In this document: piece after piece, positions 56,206 through 64,000 of the stretch | Layout of the letters: each line of letters starts with the position of its first letter | Position numbering within the stretch: position 1 is the first letter of the stretch | Assembly (NCBI GenBank): GCA_035720425.1 | Contig: DASTOB010000119.1 | Location: 24,494 to 88,493 of the forward strand | Length of the DNA: 64,000 nucleotides | Source of the DNA: Candidatus Limnocylindrales bacterium | Lineage (GTDB): Bacteria > Chloroflexota > Limnocylindria > Limnocylindrales > CSP1-4 | Direction: 5' to 3' | Made by a program: the position numbers and the translations under genes | Notes under the pieces: model-generated | Seen by the model: only the letters and a program-made list of their open reading frames with translations | Databases searched by the model: none | What the model was told of the DNA's origin: nothing

Positions 56206-57654
56206 TCATCGCGCGTAGCGGACGCCGCCCGCCGCGCGGTCCTTGTTGACCCGCCGGACGAGGTGCAGGCCCTCGAGCAGGAACTCCACGGCGGACGCGA
56301 CGACCGCCGGCTCCTCCGCTCCGTCGGTGGCGTCGAAGGCGCCGAGCCGCCGGACCGACGCATCGAGGCCCGGCACCTCGCGCATCCAGCGCACGTACTC
56401 GCGCGACGGCACGCGCTCGCCCGCCTCGACGACGAGTCCCTCCTCGAAGGCAAGCACCACCTCGTCAAGGTCGTCGACGTCCACGAGCCGGCTGAACGTG
56501 GCATGGACGGCACGGGCCACGAGCCGTTCCACGACCCGCTCCTCCGGCGACTCGTCGCCGATGCTCTCCAGTTCCACCTTGCCGGCCGTCGACGCCATGA
56601 CCGCACCGAGGTCGCTGACCCGCGGCGCACCGACCGGTTCGCCCAGCCGGATGGCCCGCTTGAGCGCCGCCGCCTCGAGCACCTCGGTGTTGGCGACGCT
56701 CACGCGCACGCTCACCCCCGACCGCTGGCTGATCTCCGGCGACCGCCGGGCCAGGTGGGTGAGCTCCGCGACGAGCTCCTCCATGAATGTCGGGACGACG
56801 ACCGGGGGCACGCCGGGATGTGCGTCGAAGCGCTGCTTCTCCTGTCGGACGATGGCGATCTCGTGCTCGAGCGTGCGCGGATAGTGGGTCCGGATCTGGG
56901 AGCCCAGGCGATCCTTGAGCGGGGTGATGATCCGGCCCCGGCTCGTGTAGTCCTCCGGGTTGGCGCTGGCCACGACGAACAGGTCGAGGGGCAGGCGGAC
57001 GACGAAGCCACGAATCTGGACGTCGCGCTCCTCGAGGATGTTGAGCAGACCCACCTGGATCCGCTCCGCGAGGTCCGGCAGCTCGTTGATTGCGAAGATG
57101 CCGCGGTTCGCCCGCGGGATGAGGCCATAGTGGAGCGTCAGCTCGTCGCTCAGGTAGCGCCCTTCCGCGACGCGCACGGGGTCGACCTCGCCGATGAGGT
57201 CCGCGATCGTGATGTCCGGGGTGGCGAGCTTCTCGGCATAGCGCCGGTCGCGCGGGAGCCAATCGATCGGCGTGTCGTCGCCGCGCTCCGCAACGATCGC
57301 CCGGGCGGCCGGCGAGATCGGCGCGGTCGGGTCGTCGTTGAGTTCGCCGCCGCGTACGATCGGCAGCCACGGGTCGAGCAGACCGACGAGCAGCCGGGCC
57401 ATCCGCGTCTTGGCCTGGCCGCGCTCGCCGAGGAACACGAGGTCCTGTCCGGCGAGGATCGCGTTCTCGACCGCCGGGAGGACCGTCTCGTCATACCCGA
57501 CGACGCCGGGAAACACGTCGCCGTCCTCGCCGAGGCGGGTGAGCAGGTTCGCCCGCAGCTCTTCCTTGACCGACCGGCTGCGCCAGCCGGAGTCGCGCAA
57601 CTCGCCAAGGGTGGTGCTGCGCGGCGGGCGACGGTCGGCCGACGGTCGGGGCAT
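56206..57654 (-). CDS. ChlI/BchI-like AAA+ ATPase (magnesium-chelatase subunit I family, non-photosynthetic context)
   Basis: GVVGYDETV..., Walker A (GERGQAKT), Walker B (IFAINELPD), and ILEERDVQIRGF...VASANPEDY. ATG at 57654 has GAGGA upstream. Confidence 0.85.
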   Translation of the reverse strand: MPRPSADRRPPRSTTLGELRDSGWRSRSVKEELRANLLTRLGEDGDVFPGVVGYDETVLPAVENAILAGQDLVFLGERGQAKTRMARLLVGLLDPWLPIVRGGELNDDPTAPISPAARAIVAERGDDTPIDWLPRDRRYAEKLATPDITIADLIGEVDPVRVAEGRYLSDELTLHYGLIPRANRGIFAINELPDLAERIQVGLLNILEERDVQIRGFVVRLPLDLFVVASANPEDYTSRGRIITPLKDRLGSQIRTHYPRTLEHEIAIVRQEKQRFDAHPGVPPVVVPTFMEELVAELTHLARRSPEISQRSGVSVRVSVANTEVLEAAALKRAIRLGEPVGAPRVSDLGAVMASTAGKVELESIGDESPEERVVERLVARAVHATFSRLVDVDDLDEVVLAFEEGLVVEAGERVPSREYVRWMREVPGLDASVRRLGAFDATDGAEEPAVVASAVEFLLEGLHLVRRVNKDRAAGGVRYAR

Positions 57655-57665
57655 CGTGGTGATCC

Positions 57666-58577
57666 TCAGCTGGGATGAGCGCTGGCGGCCCGATAGCCGT
57701 CGATCGCGGAACGGACGGCATCGCCATCGACGACCCCGGCGGCCGCGAGGCCGACCAGGTAGTCCCGCCGTCGGTCGTGTTCGGCCGTGAAGTCGCCGGC
57801 CTTCCGGCCGACGCGAGCCGCGAGCTCCGGCACGATTCCCCACGCGAAGTGCTCGAACCGATCCTCGTCGGGATCCCAGGTCGCGAGCACGGCCGGTGGC
57901 AGTCGCTGGACATGGCCGTGGAGGTCACGGAAGACCGGCCGAACGTAGTGGGCGGCCACGATGCGTCGGGCGGGTCCTGAGGCAACGTCGCCGGCCGGCG
58001 GCGCCACGGCCCGCAGGACGAGGACGACCCCGAGGCGCGACAGCTCGTCATCGGTCACCGCGACCGGCGGGCGGCGGAGGGCCCCGAGGACCTCTTCCAG
58101 CGAATCGGCGTGGATCGTGGCGCCGAGTCCGTATCCCACGCTGATCGCCCGGATCGCGACCCGGGCGGCGTCGCCCCACGTGTAGACCGGCAGGTGGTCG
58201 GACAGTTCTGCCGCAAGGAGGTACGTGGTCGATGGCGTCGTCCCGTGAGCCTGCGCTGATGCGGAGGGACCGGGACCCTGCCAGCCGAGCTCGCGGGCGT
58301 GGGGCAGCCAGTCGAACGTTTCGATCGCCCCGCTCAGCTCGACCCGCCGGGTTCGCGGCGGCAGGAACTCGAGGAGGGCGGCCAGGAGGGTGCTCTTACC
58401 GGTGCCGGATCGCTCCGCCGCGACGATGACCGGCAGCCGCGCCTCGAGGAGGAGCCAGAGGAGCGCGGCGAGCTCCGCGTCGATCGTGCCGACGCGAATG
58501 AGCTCGACGATCGAGAGCGGCCGGGACGGGCGGGGGCGGAGGCCCCACCAGACGGGCGACGGCGCGGCGACTTCCAC
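57666..58577 (-). CDS. Divergent GspE/VirB11/CpaF-like secretion-ATPase catalytic domain protein (no N-domain)
   Basis: Walker A-like SGTGKSTLLAALLEFLP, LLAAELSD (Walker B/Asp-box position), and GATIHADS (His box). GTG start with GGAGA upstream. Confidence 0.7.
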   Translation of the reverse strand: MEVAAPSPVWWGLRPRPSRPLSIVELIRVGTIDAELAALLWLLLEARLPVIVAAERSGTGKSTLLAALLEFLPPRTRRVELSGAIETFDWLPHARELGWQGPGPSASAQAHGTTPSTTYLLAAELSDHLPVYTWGDAARVAIRAISVGYGLGATIHADSLEEVLGALRRPPVAVTDDELSRLGVVLVLRAVAPPAGDVASGPARRIVAAHYVRPVFRDLHGHVQRLPPAVLATWDPDEDRFEHFAWGIVPELAARVGRKAGDFTAEHDRRRDYLVGLAAAGVVDGDAVRSAIDGYRAASAHPS

Positions 58578-58713
58578 GGACTCTCCGACGAGGGACGATT
58601 GGCCGGGACGGCAGCGTACGGCCGAGCCCGTGGAGCGTCAAACGTGACCAGCCGAGACATCGAGCCTTGCCCTGGCGCGTACAGTCGACCGACACAGCAT
58701 GAGGAGGCAGACC

Positions 58714-59091
58714 GTGGCCGACCATCCGAACGTGACGCTCATCCGGGCCGCACTCGACAAGCTCGGTGGCGGCGACATGAGCGCGCTCGCCGACGTGATC
58801 GCCGACGATGTCGTCTGGTACGAGATCGGCAGCCCGGAGCCGGTCCGAGGCAAGGCCGCCCTGGCCGCCCGGATGACCGGCGGCGAGATGGACTTCGAGA
58901 TCACCGCGACATCCCACGACGTGGTGGGCAACGACGAGCACGTCGTGGCGCTCGTCAACGCGACGGCAACCCGTGGCGGCCGGACCCTCCACTACCGAAC
59001 CGCCGAGATCTTCCACGTCCGGGACGGCCAGATCGTCGAGCGCTGGGCGTTCTCCGACGACACCGCCGCGATCACGGCGTTCTTCGCGTAG
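58714..59091 (+). CDS. SnoaL/NTF2-like small protein
   Basis: DDVVWYEIGS...RGKAAL...HYRTAEIFHVRDGQIVERWAF. GTG at 58714 is preceded by AGGAGG; the listed ATG at 58699 is the alternative. Confidence 0.7.
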   Translation: MADHPNVTLIRAALDKLGGGDMSALADVIADDVVWYEIGSPEPVRGKAALAARMTGGEMDFEITATSHDVVGNDEHVVALVNATATRGGRTLHYRTAEIFHVRDGQIVERWAFSDDTAAITAFFA

Positions 59092-59094
59092 TCG

Positions 59095-59703
59095 GTGGGC
59101 GGACCGGGGGCGACCGTCCGCATCGAGCCGCTCACCGCCACCACGTGGCCTGCCCTCGAGGCGTTCTTCCGGAAGGGCGGTGACCCACGCTGGTGCTGGT
59201 GCCAGTACTGGCGGCTTCGGTCGAAGGACTTCGCCGCCAGTCGGGTGCCGGAATTGCGCGACCGGCTTCGGGCGGCGGCCGACGGCCCGGTGGCACCGGG
59301 CCTGGTTGCCCTGCGCGATGGCGCGGCGGTCGGCTGGGTGAGCCTTGGCCCGCGCGACACGTTCGAGCGGATCGAGCGATCGAGGGTCATCCCGCGGATC
59401 GACGACACGCCGGTCTGGTCGGTCGTCTGCTTCGCGGTCGAGGCGTCCGCGCGCGGCGAGGGCGTCGGCGCCGCGCTCCTCGACGCCGCCGTCGCGTACG
59501 CGGCGGCCAACGGAGCCATGACCCTCGAGGCGTATCCGGTCGAGCTCCCGGCCGGCGGCGCCCTGCCCGCGGAGTCGGCGTTCACGGGCACACTCGCCAT
59601 GTTCGAGCGTGTGGGCTTCACGGTCGTGGCGGACACGACCTCGTCGGCCGGCGGTCACCCGCGCGTCGTCGTCCGCCGTGCCGTACGTCATCTGTCGCGT
59701 TGA
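59095..59703 (+). CDS. GNAT-family N-acetyltransferase
   Basis: CFAVEASARGEGVGAALLDAAVAYAAANGA is the acetyl-CoA-binding motif A. WCWCQYW block near the N-terminus. Confidence 0.8.
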   Translation: MGGPGATVRIEPLTATTWPALEAFFRKGGDPRWCWCQYWRLRSKDFAASRVPELRDRLRAAADGPVAPGLVALRDGAAVGWVSLGPRDTFERIERSRVIPRIDDTPVWSVVCFAVEASARGEGVGAALLDAAVAYAAANGAMTLEAYPVELPAGGALPAESAFTGTLAMFERVGFTVVADTTSSAGGHPRVVVRRAVRHLSR

Positions 59704-59729
59704 CACGACCGCCGGCCGACCCGTACGAT
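59700..59729 (+). promoter_or_regulatory. Near-consensus promoter TTGACA-18-TACGAT overlapping the GNAT stop codon
   Basis: TTGACA at 59700-59705 and TACGAT at 59724-59729, read directly. Confidence 0.5.
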
Positions 59730-59768
59730 GCGCGCCGGCGTGCAGATCGCCCGCCCTCGTCCAGCTCA

Positions 59769-59870
59769 ATGGAGGCCGGCTCCCGAATGACGATGCACGA
59801 ACTCCTCCGACGCACGGTCGCACCGTTCGGTGCCGCCGATCGCGGGAGATCTGTGCCCATCTCGAGCTAG
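59769..59870 (+). CDS. Candidate mini-ORF / leader peptide (33 aa from ATG 59769, or 27 aa from ATG 59787)
   Basis: MEAGSRMTMHELLRRTVAPFGAADRGRSVPISS. GGAGG at 59771-59775 lies 11 nt before the ATG at 59787. The ORF sits between the promoter and the terminator. No homology recognised. Confidence 0.3.
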   Translation: MEAGSRMTMHELLRRTVAPFGAADRGRSVPISS

Positions 59871-59905
59871 CCTGAGGCGGCGAAGCCGCCAAAGCGCGAA
59901 CCACG

Positions 59906-59938
59906 AGCCGTGGGCCAGATCGGGCCCCCGGCTTTTTT
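59906..59938 (+). terminator. Intrinsic terminator: 11-bp GC-rich stem followed by T6
   Basis: agccgtgggcc - agatcg - ggcccccggct with one mismatch, then tttttt (33-38). This is the only long T run noticed in the window. Confidence 0.7.
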
Positions 59939-59983
59939 GATGCGCTGACCCGTCCGCTCGGACGCCGGCAGCCATCGGAACCC

Positions 59984-60033
59984 AGAGCCGCGTGGCCCAC
60001 GACGCGAAGCGTCGGATCGGAGCCCGCGGCTCT
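59984..60033 (+). promoter_or_regulatory. Second long-range stem (agagccgcg / cgcggctct) enclosing a CGACGC-GAA-GCGTCG hairpin, followed by tgtcgtttc, 35 nt before the ABC start
   Basis: Inverted repeats read directly. A similar GGCGGC-GAA-GCCGCC hairpin lies at 59876-59890. Confidence 0.4.
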
Positions 60034-60067
60034 TGTCGTTTCAGCCGACCTGCCAGGAGAACCCGAA

Positions 60068-60946
60068 GTGACCGCCATCCTCGCCCCCGAACTGAAGAAC
60101 GGACCGCTCGCCCGGGAGCACGTCCGGGCGGCGGCGGTCGAGTCCGCGACGCCTGCCCTGCTCGTCGAGCGTGTCACGAAGCGCTTCCGGGTCGACCGGA
60201 AGAAGGCACCCGTGACGGCAATCTCGAACGTGTCGCTCCGCCTCGAGCGCGGCGACATCCACGGGATCCTCGGTGCGAACGGGTCCGGCAAGTCGACGCT
60301 CATCCGCCTCGTCTCGGGTCTGCTGACCCTCGACGAGGGCCGGGTCGAGGTCTTCGGCCACGACATCGAGCGCGACGAGATGGCCGTCAAGCGGCTCATC
60401 AACCGCGTCAGCGTCGACGCCGCCTTCTTCAAGAAGCTGAGTCCGATGGAGAACCTCCTGTTCGCCGCCCGCCTGTACGGCCTCGACGCCGGCCGGGCGA
60501 AGCGCGAGGCAGTTGGGATCCTCGGCCGGCTTGGCATCGCGGAGAAGCGGGTCGGCCGCCCGGTCGAGCAGATGAGCCGCGGCATGCAGCAGAAGGTCGC
60601 CATCGCGCGAGCACTGCTGACGAGCCCGGCCCTGCTCCTGCTCGACGAACCGACGACCGGTCTCGATCCGCGCTCGAAGCTCGACGTCCAGTCGTTCATC
60701 GAGGAGCTCCGATCGACGCACGACGCGACGATCGTGCTCACCACGCACGACCTGGCCGAGGCAGAACGCCTGTGCGGCCGGATCACGATCCTCAACGACG
60801 GCCGTGTCGTCGCGGAGGACTCGCCGATCGGCCTCAAGGGCCTCATCCGCCGCGGGGACGGCGGGGCGTCGACCCTCGAAGACGTGTTCATGACCTACAC
60901 CGGCCGCTCCCTCGACGACGACGTCGAGGACGAGGCCGACGAGTAA
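60068..60946 (+). CDS. ABC-2/DrrA-type exporter ATP-binding protein
   Basis: Walker A (GANGSGKST), signature (MSRGMQQKVAIARAL), Walker B (LLLDEPT). GTG start with AGGAGA 9 nt upstream. Confidence 0.9.
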   Translation: MTAILAPELKNGPLAREHVRAAAVESATPALLVERVTKRFRVDRKKAPVTAISNVSLRLERGDIHGILGANGSGKSTLIRLVSGLLTLDEGRVEVFGHDIERDEMAVKRLINRVSVDAAFFKKLSPMENLLFAARLYGLDAGRAKREAVGILGRLGIAEKRVGRPVEQMSRGMQQKVAIARALLTSPALLLLDEPTTGLDPRSKLDVQSFIEELRSTHDATIVLTTHDLAEAERLCGRITILNDGRVVAEDSPIGLKGLIRRGDGGASTLEDVFMTYTGRSLDDDVEDEADE

Positions 60947-60970
60947 TCCATGAGAAAGGAGGTGAGAACC

Positions 60971-61183
60971 GTGAACAACAGCCACGCCGACATCCGGATG
61001 TACATCGCCCGATCCCATCGGGCGCAGCAGATCGGCGAGGCCGCCCGCGAGCGCCAGTTCCATGGCGCGATCGGCCGGCAGTCGCAGTCCATCCGTCGGT
61101 CCATCGGCCACTCGATCATCCGGATCGGGCAGCGGATGGCCGCGGAATCGGCCATGTCGTCGGCTCGGTCCGCCCAGGGCTGA
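60971..61183 (+). CDS. Small basic helical protein (70 aa) between the ABC ATPase and permease genes
   Basis: GTG at 60971 lies 7 nt after a strong AAGGAGGTGA. Sequence: NNSHADIRMYIARSHRAQQIGEAARERQFHGAIGRQSQSIRRSIGHSIIRIGQRMAAES. The DNA is locally lower in GC. Confidence 0.55.
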   Translation: MNNSHADIRMYIARSHRAQQIGEAARERQFHGAIGRQSQSIRRSIGHSIIRIGQRMAAESAMSSARSAQG

Positions 61184-61209
61184 GCCGACGACGAACCTGG
61201 AGATCTCCG

Positions 61210-62013
61210 ATGACCTTCGTCGCCCATGAGCTCAAGGCGTCGTACGCCTTCATCGAGCGCAACTTCTTTCTGACTCGCCGGTACTGGGGCTGGGAAGTCG
61301 CCTTCCTGGTCTATTCGGTCGCGGGCGCGCTCTCGATCTCGCTCATCGGTGCCGACCAGGGCAGCCCGCGGCTGCTCCTGACGCTGATGGTCGGGGCGAT
61401 CTTCTGGAACTACCTGTCGGTCGTGTTCAGCTGGATCGCCGAGACGATCGCCGTCGAGCGCTGGGAAGGCACGCTCGAGTACACGATGATGGCGCCGATC
61501 CGGCGGTCGACCCAGCTCCTCGGATCGGTCGTCTACGCGATGGCCTACGGGCTCGTCCACACGGCCGTCATCCTCGTCGCGCTCGTCGCGTTCTTTCCGC
61601 AGCTCGAGCTCGCCAACGCGAATCTCGGGACCGCGGTCGTGTTCGTCCTGCTCGGCTCGTTCAGCATCGTCGGGATCGGGATGATGGCCGCCATCCTGCC
61701 GCTGCTGTACGTCGAGCGCGGCGCGCAGATGACGTTCGTCCTGCAGTCGTGCCTGCTGCTCGTCAGCGGCGTGTACTACTCGATCGACGTGCTGCCGGAC
61801 TGGATGCAGGTGCTGTCGCACCTGTCGCCGGCGACGTACGTGCTTGACGGCGTCCGCGCCGCGCTCATCGAGGGCGCACCGGTGACGGCGCTGCTCCACG
61901 ACGTGTGGCCGCTCATCGTCGCCGGGGTGATCCTCATCCCGGCCGGCGTGTGGGCGTTCGGGCGAGCCGAGCGCTACGCGAAGCGCACCGGCAAGCTCAA
62001 GCGAGTCGGGTGA
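61210..62013 (+). CDS. ABC-2-type transporter permease
   Basis: ATG at 61210 (MTFVAHELKASYAFIERNFFLTRRYWGWE), six TM segments, GGAGA upstream. The listed 673-aa ORF is otherwise shadow sequence. Confidence 0.85.
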   Translation: MTFVAHELKASYAFIERNFFLTRRYWGWEVAFLVYSVAGALSISLIGADQGSPRLLLTLMVGAIFWNYLSVVFSWIAETIAVERWEGTLEYTMMAPIRRSTQLLGSVVYAMAYGLVHTAVILVALVAFFPQLELANANLGTAVVFVLLGSFSIVGIGMMAAILPLLYVERGAQMTFVLQSCLLLVSGVYYSIDVLPDWMQVLSHLSPATYVLDGVRAALIEGAPVTALLHDVWPLIVAGVILIPAGVWAFGRAERYAKRTGKLKRVG

Positions 62014-62017
62014 CGCC

Positions 62018-63148
62018 GTGACCGCCGAACGGGCGCCGATGCCGCTCACCGACCCCTCGGTCCCCGTCGAGGGCCTCGATCACCTCGAGGCCTTCGGCTG
62101 GGGCGAGCCGTTCGCCGGGGCGTTCCACGGCCACGCGGCGGTCGGTCGCGTGCCCGGGCGCGTCGTCGTCGAGGACCGCGGACGCTACCTGGTCCAGACG
62201 GCCGCGGGCGAGGTCACGGCCTCGATCTCCGGGCGATTCCGGTTCGATGCCGGCGACGACCCGGCGGCCTACCCGACGGTCGGTGACTGGGTCGCCCTCG
62301 ACGCCCACGATCCGGGCAACGCGATCGTCCACGGCCTGCTCCCCCGCCGGACCGCCATCCGCCGCCTCAACCCGGGCCGCCGGACCGAGGCACAGGTCCT
62401 CGCCGCGAACGTCGACGTCGGGCTCATCGTCACCTCGATGAACCAGGAGTTCGAGCCGCGCCGGATCGAGCGCTACCTGGCCGCGGTCTGGGAGTCCGGC
62501 GCCCGGCCCGCCGTCGTCCTCTCGAAGGCGGACCTCGCCGACGACCCCGATGCGTATCGGCTGCAGGCCGAAGGCGTCGCGCCGGGTGTCCCGATCCTGC
62601 CGATCAGCGCCGTGACCGGGGCCGGAGTCGATGCTATCCGCGCGCTCCTCCCACGGGGCCGGACGGTCGTGGCGATCGGGTCGTCCGGCGTCGGCAAGTC
62701 GACCCTCGTCAACGCCCTCGCCGGGCGCGAGCTCATGGCCGTCCGCGAGGTCCGACTTGATGACGACCGCGGCCGGCACACGACGCGGCGCCGGCAGCTC
62801 ATGGTCCTGCCGGGCGGTTCGCTCATCCTCGACACGCCGGGCATGCGCGAGCTCGCGACGTGGGACGGCGACGGTCTCGCGGCCTCGTTCGCGGACATCG
62901 AGGCGCTCGCATCGGCGTGCCGATTCCGTGATTGCAGCCATCGCGGTGAGCCCGGCTGTGCGATCTCGGTGGCCGTCGCGGAGGGTCGCCTCGACCCGCG
63001 GCGCCTCGATGGCTTCCGCAAGCTCAACCGGGAGGCCGCCCACCTCGAACGGCGCCAGGATGCGCTCGCGCGGAACGAGGAGCGCCGCCGCTGGAAGGTC
63101 ATCCACAAGAGCGTTCGACGCCACATGAAGGAGCGGTACGGGGACTGA
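62018..63148 (+). CDS. rsgA: Ribosome small-subunit-dependent GTPase A
   Basis: Circularly permuted GTPase (NVDVGLIV, SKADL, GSSGVGKSTL), DTPGMRE, and zinc motif CRFRDCSHRGEPGCA. Confidence 0.9.
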   Translation: MTAERAPMPLTDPSVPVEGLDHLEAFGWGEPFAGAFHGHAAVGRVPGRVVVEDRGRYLVQTAAGEVTASISGRFRFDAGDDPAAYPTVGDWVALDAHDPGNAIVHGLLPRRTAIRRLNPGRRTEAQVLAANVDVGLIVTSMNQEFEPRRIERYLAAVWESGARPAVVLSKADLADDPDAYRLQAEGVAPGVPILPISAVTGAGVDAIRALLPRGRTVVAIGSSGVGKSTLVNALAGRELMAVREVRLDDDRGRHTTRRRQLMVLPGGSLILDTPGMRELATWDGDGLAASFADIEALASACRFRDCSHRGEPGCAISVAVAEGRLDPRRLDGFRKLNREAAHLERRQDALARNEERRRWKVIHKSVRRHMKERYGD

Positions 63149-63150
63149 CG

Positions 63151-64000
63151 ATGCCGACCGACACGCTCCACTCGATTCGACTGCGACCCTTCCGCGATGC
63201 CGACGACTACGCGGTCATGGCCTCGCTCATCAGCACGGCCAACCTGGCCGACGGGATCGACGACATTCCGACGGCGGCGTCGCTGCGCGCCGACTACGAG
63301 GCGCGATCCGAGCTGGATCCCGCGCGTGACGTGGTGTTCGCCGAGGTTGGTGACCGCGTCGTCGGCTTCGGGGAGGCGTATCGGCAGGTACGGGATGGCG
63401 TGGCGATCTACTGGACGTTCGGGGCGGTGCTTCCGGCGTACCGAGGGCGCGGGATCGGGCGCGCGATTCTGGCAGCGAACGAGCGACGCGGTCGGGAGAT
63501 CGCCGCGGAGCATGACGATCCGGGAGGCCGCGTCTTCGCGTCGTGGGTGAGCGAGCGCGAGGGCGGGGCCGACGGGTTGCTGCGCAGAGCCGGGTACGCG
63601 CCCGCCCGGTACGGGTTCGCGATGGTCCGCTCATCCCTCGATGGGCTGGCGGAGGCGGCCCTGCCCGCAGGGCTCGAGATCCGACCGGTCGAGACAGCGC
63701 ATGCTCGCGCAATATTTGCGGCCGACAACGAGGCGTTTCGCGATCATTGGGGCCACCGCGAGGCGACCGAGGACGACTTCGCGGCCACGTACGCGTCGCC
63801 GGACCTCGACACCTCCCTGTGGCGCATCGCGTGGGACGGGGACGAGGTCGCCGGCGGTGTCCTGACCTGGATCTACGCCTCGGAGAACGAGGCATTTGGG
63901 GTTCGCCGCGGCTGGCTTGAGCACATCTTCGTACGGCGCCCGTGGCGCAAGCGCGGCCTCGCGACGGCGCTCATCGCGTCCGCGTTGGCCGGCCTCCGCG
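63151..64000 (+). CDS. Tandem-GNAT acetyltransferase (mycothiol-synthase-like architecture); 3' end runs off the window
   Basis: Not in the ORF track because there is no stop in the window. My own translation from ATG 63151 gives MPTDTLHSIRLRPFRDADDY...VLPAYRGRGIGRAILAA...LEIRPVE...HIFVRRPWRKRGLATALIASALAGLR, with two GNAT motif-A blocks. Confidence 0.7.
   Translation, partial: MPTDTLHSIRLRPFRDADDYAVMASLISTANLADGIDDIPTAASLRADYEARSELDPARDVVFAEVGDRVVGFGEAYRQVRDGVAIYWTFGAVLPAYRGRGIGRAILAANERRGREIAAEHDDPGGRVFASWVSEREGGADGLLRRAGYAPARYGFAMVRSSLDGLAEAALPAGLEIRPVETAHARAIFAADNEAFRDHWGHREATEDDFAATYASPDLDTSLWRIAWDGDEVAGGVLTWIYASENEAFGVRRGWLEHIFVRRPWRKRGLATALIASALAGLR

Noticed and set aside
57666-58577. 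The secretion-ATPase-like gene as part of a Tad/type IV pilus or type II/IV secretion locus.
   Set aside because: There are no platform, pilin, secretin or prepilin-peptidase genes within the window. The protein lacks the N-terminal domain, and it is operonic with ChlI-like and VWA genes instead.
59769-59870. The mini-ORF as a RiPP or bacteriocin precursor exported by the adjacent ABC-2 transporter.
   Set aside because: No modification enzymes, protease or immunity genes are present. The peptide has no Cys/Ser/Thr-rich core or recognisable leader motif. A leader-peptide or sRNA role fits the terminator architecture better. It is kept only as a low-confidence feature.

Overview
Very GC-rich (about 70% by eye) chromosomal segment from a Terrabacteria-type bacterium. 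FhaA/FhaB, HisN-type phosphatase, Holin-X/DUF3618 and tandem-GNAT genes suggest Actinomycetota, but Chloroflexota is not excluded. About 60 tightly packed genes, many with ATGA/GTGA start-stop overlaps, and no obvious mobile element, CRISPR array or prophage. Order of content: glycogen debranching enzyme (5' truncated); an fhaA-fhaB-rodA-pbpA cell-wall module; several zinc-ribbon proteins; a LacI-controlled sugar ABC operon with a ROK kinase; valS behind a T-box-like leader; clpX-clpP-tig-tRNA-Leu; a repeat-dense 460-bp non-coding stretch. Then a nitrilase-family hydrolase, Holin-X/DUF3618 membrane proteins, a cAMP locus (CinA, CNB-only protein, Crp, MBL hydrolase, cyclase-ATPase), Mrp/ApbC, and a potADBC-like polyamine transporter with a class III aminotransferase. 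The last third holds a locus with two FAD/GcvT-fusion dehydrogenases, two choline-kinase-family proteins, an APC permease, a metallophosphoesterase and a long class II aldolase; an operon of a secretion-ATPase-like protein, a ChlI-like AAA+ and a VWA protein; and an ABC-2 exporter behind a promoter/mini-ORF/terminator leader, with a small basic protein gene embedded. It ends with rsgA and a tandem-GNAT gene (3' truncated). The most interesting candidates are the three-gene ATPase/ATPase/VWA operon, the duplicated kinase plus FAD/GcvT locus, the structured leader of the ABC-2 exporter, and the valS T-box. All function calls rest on motifs read by eye in the supplied translations. No database search was run.
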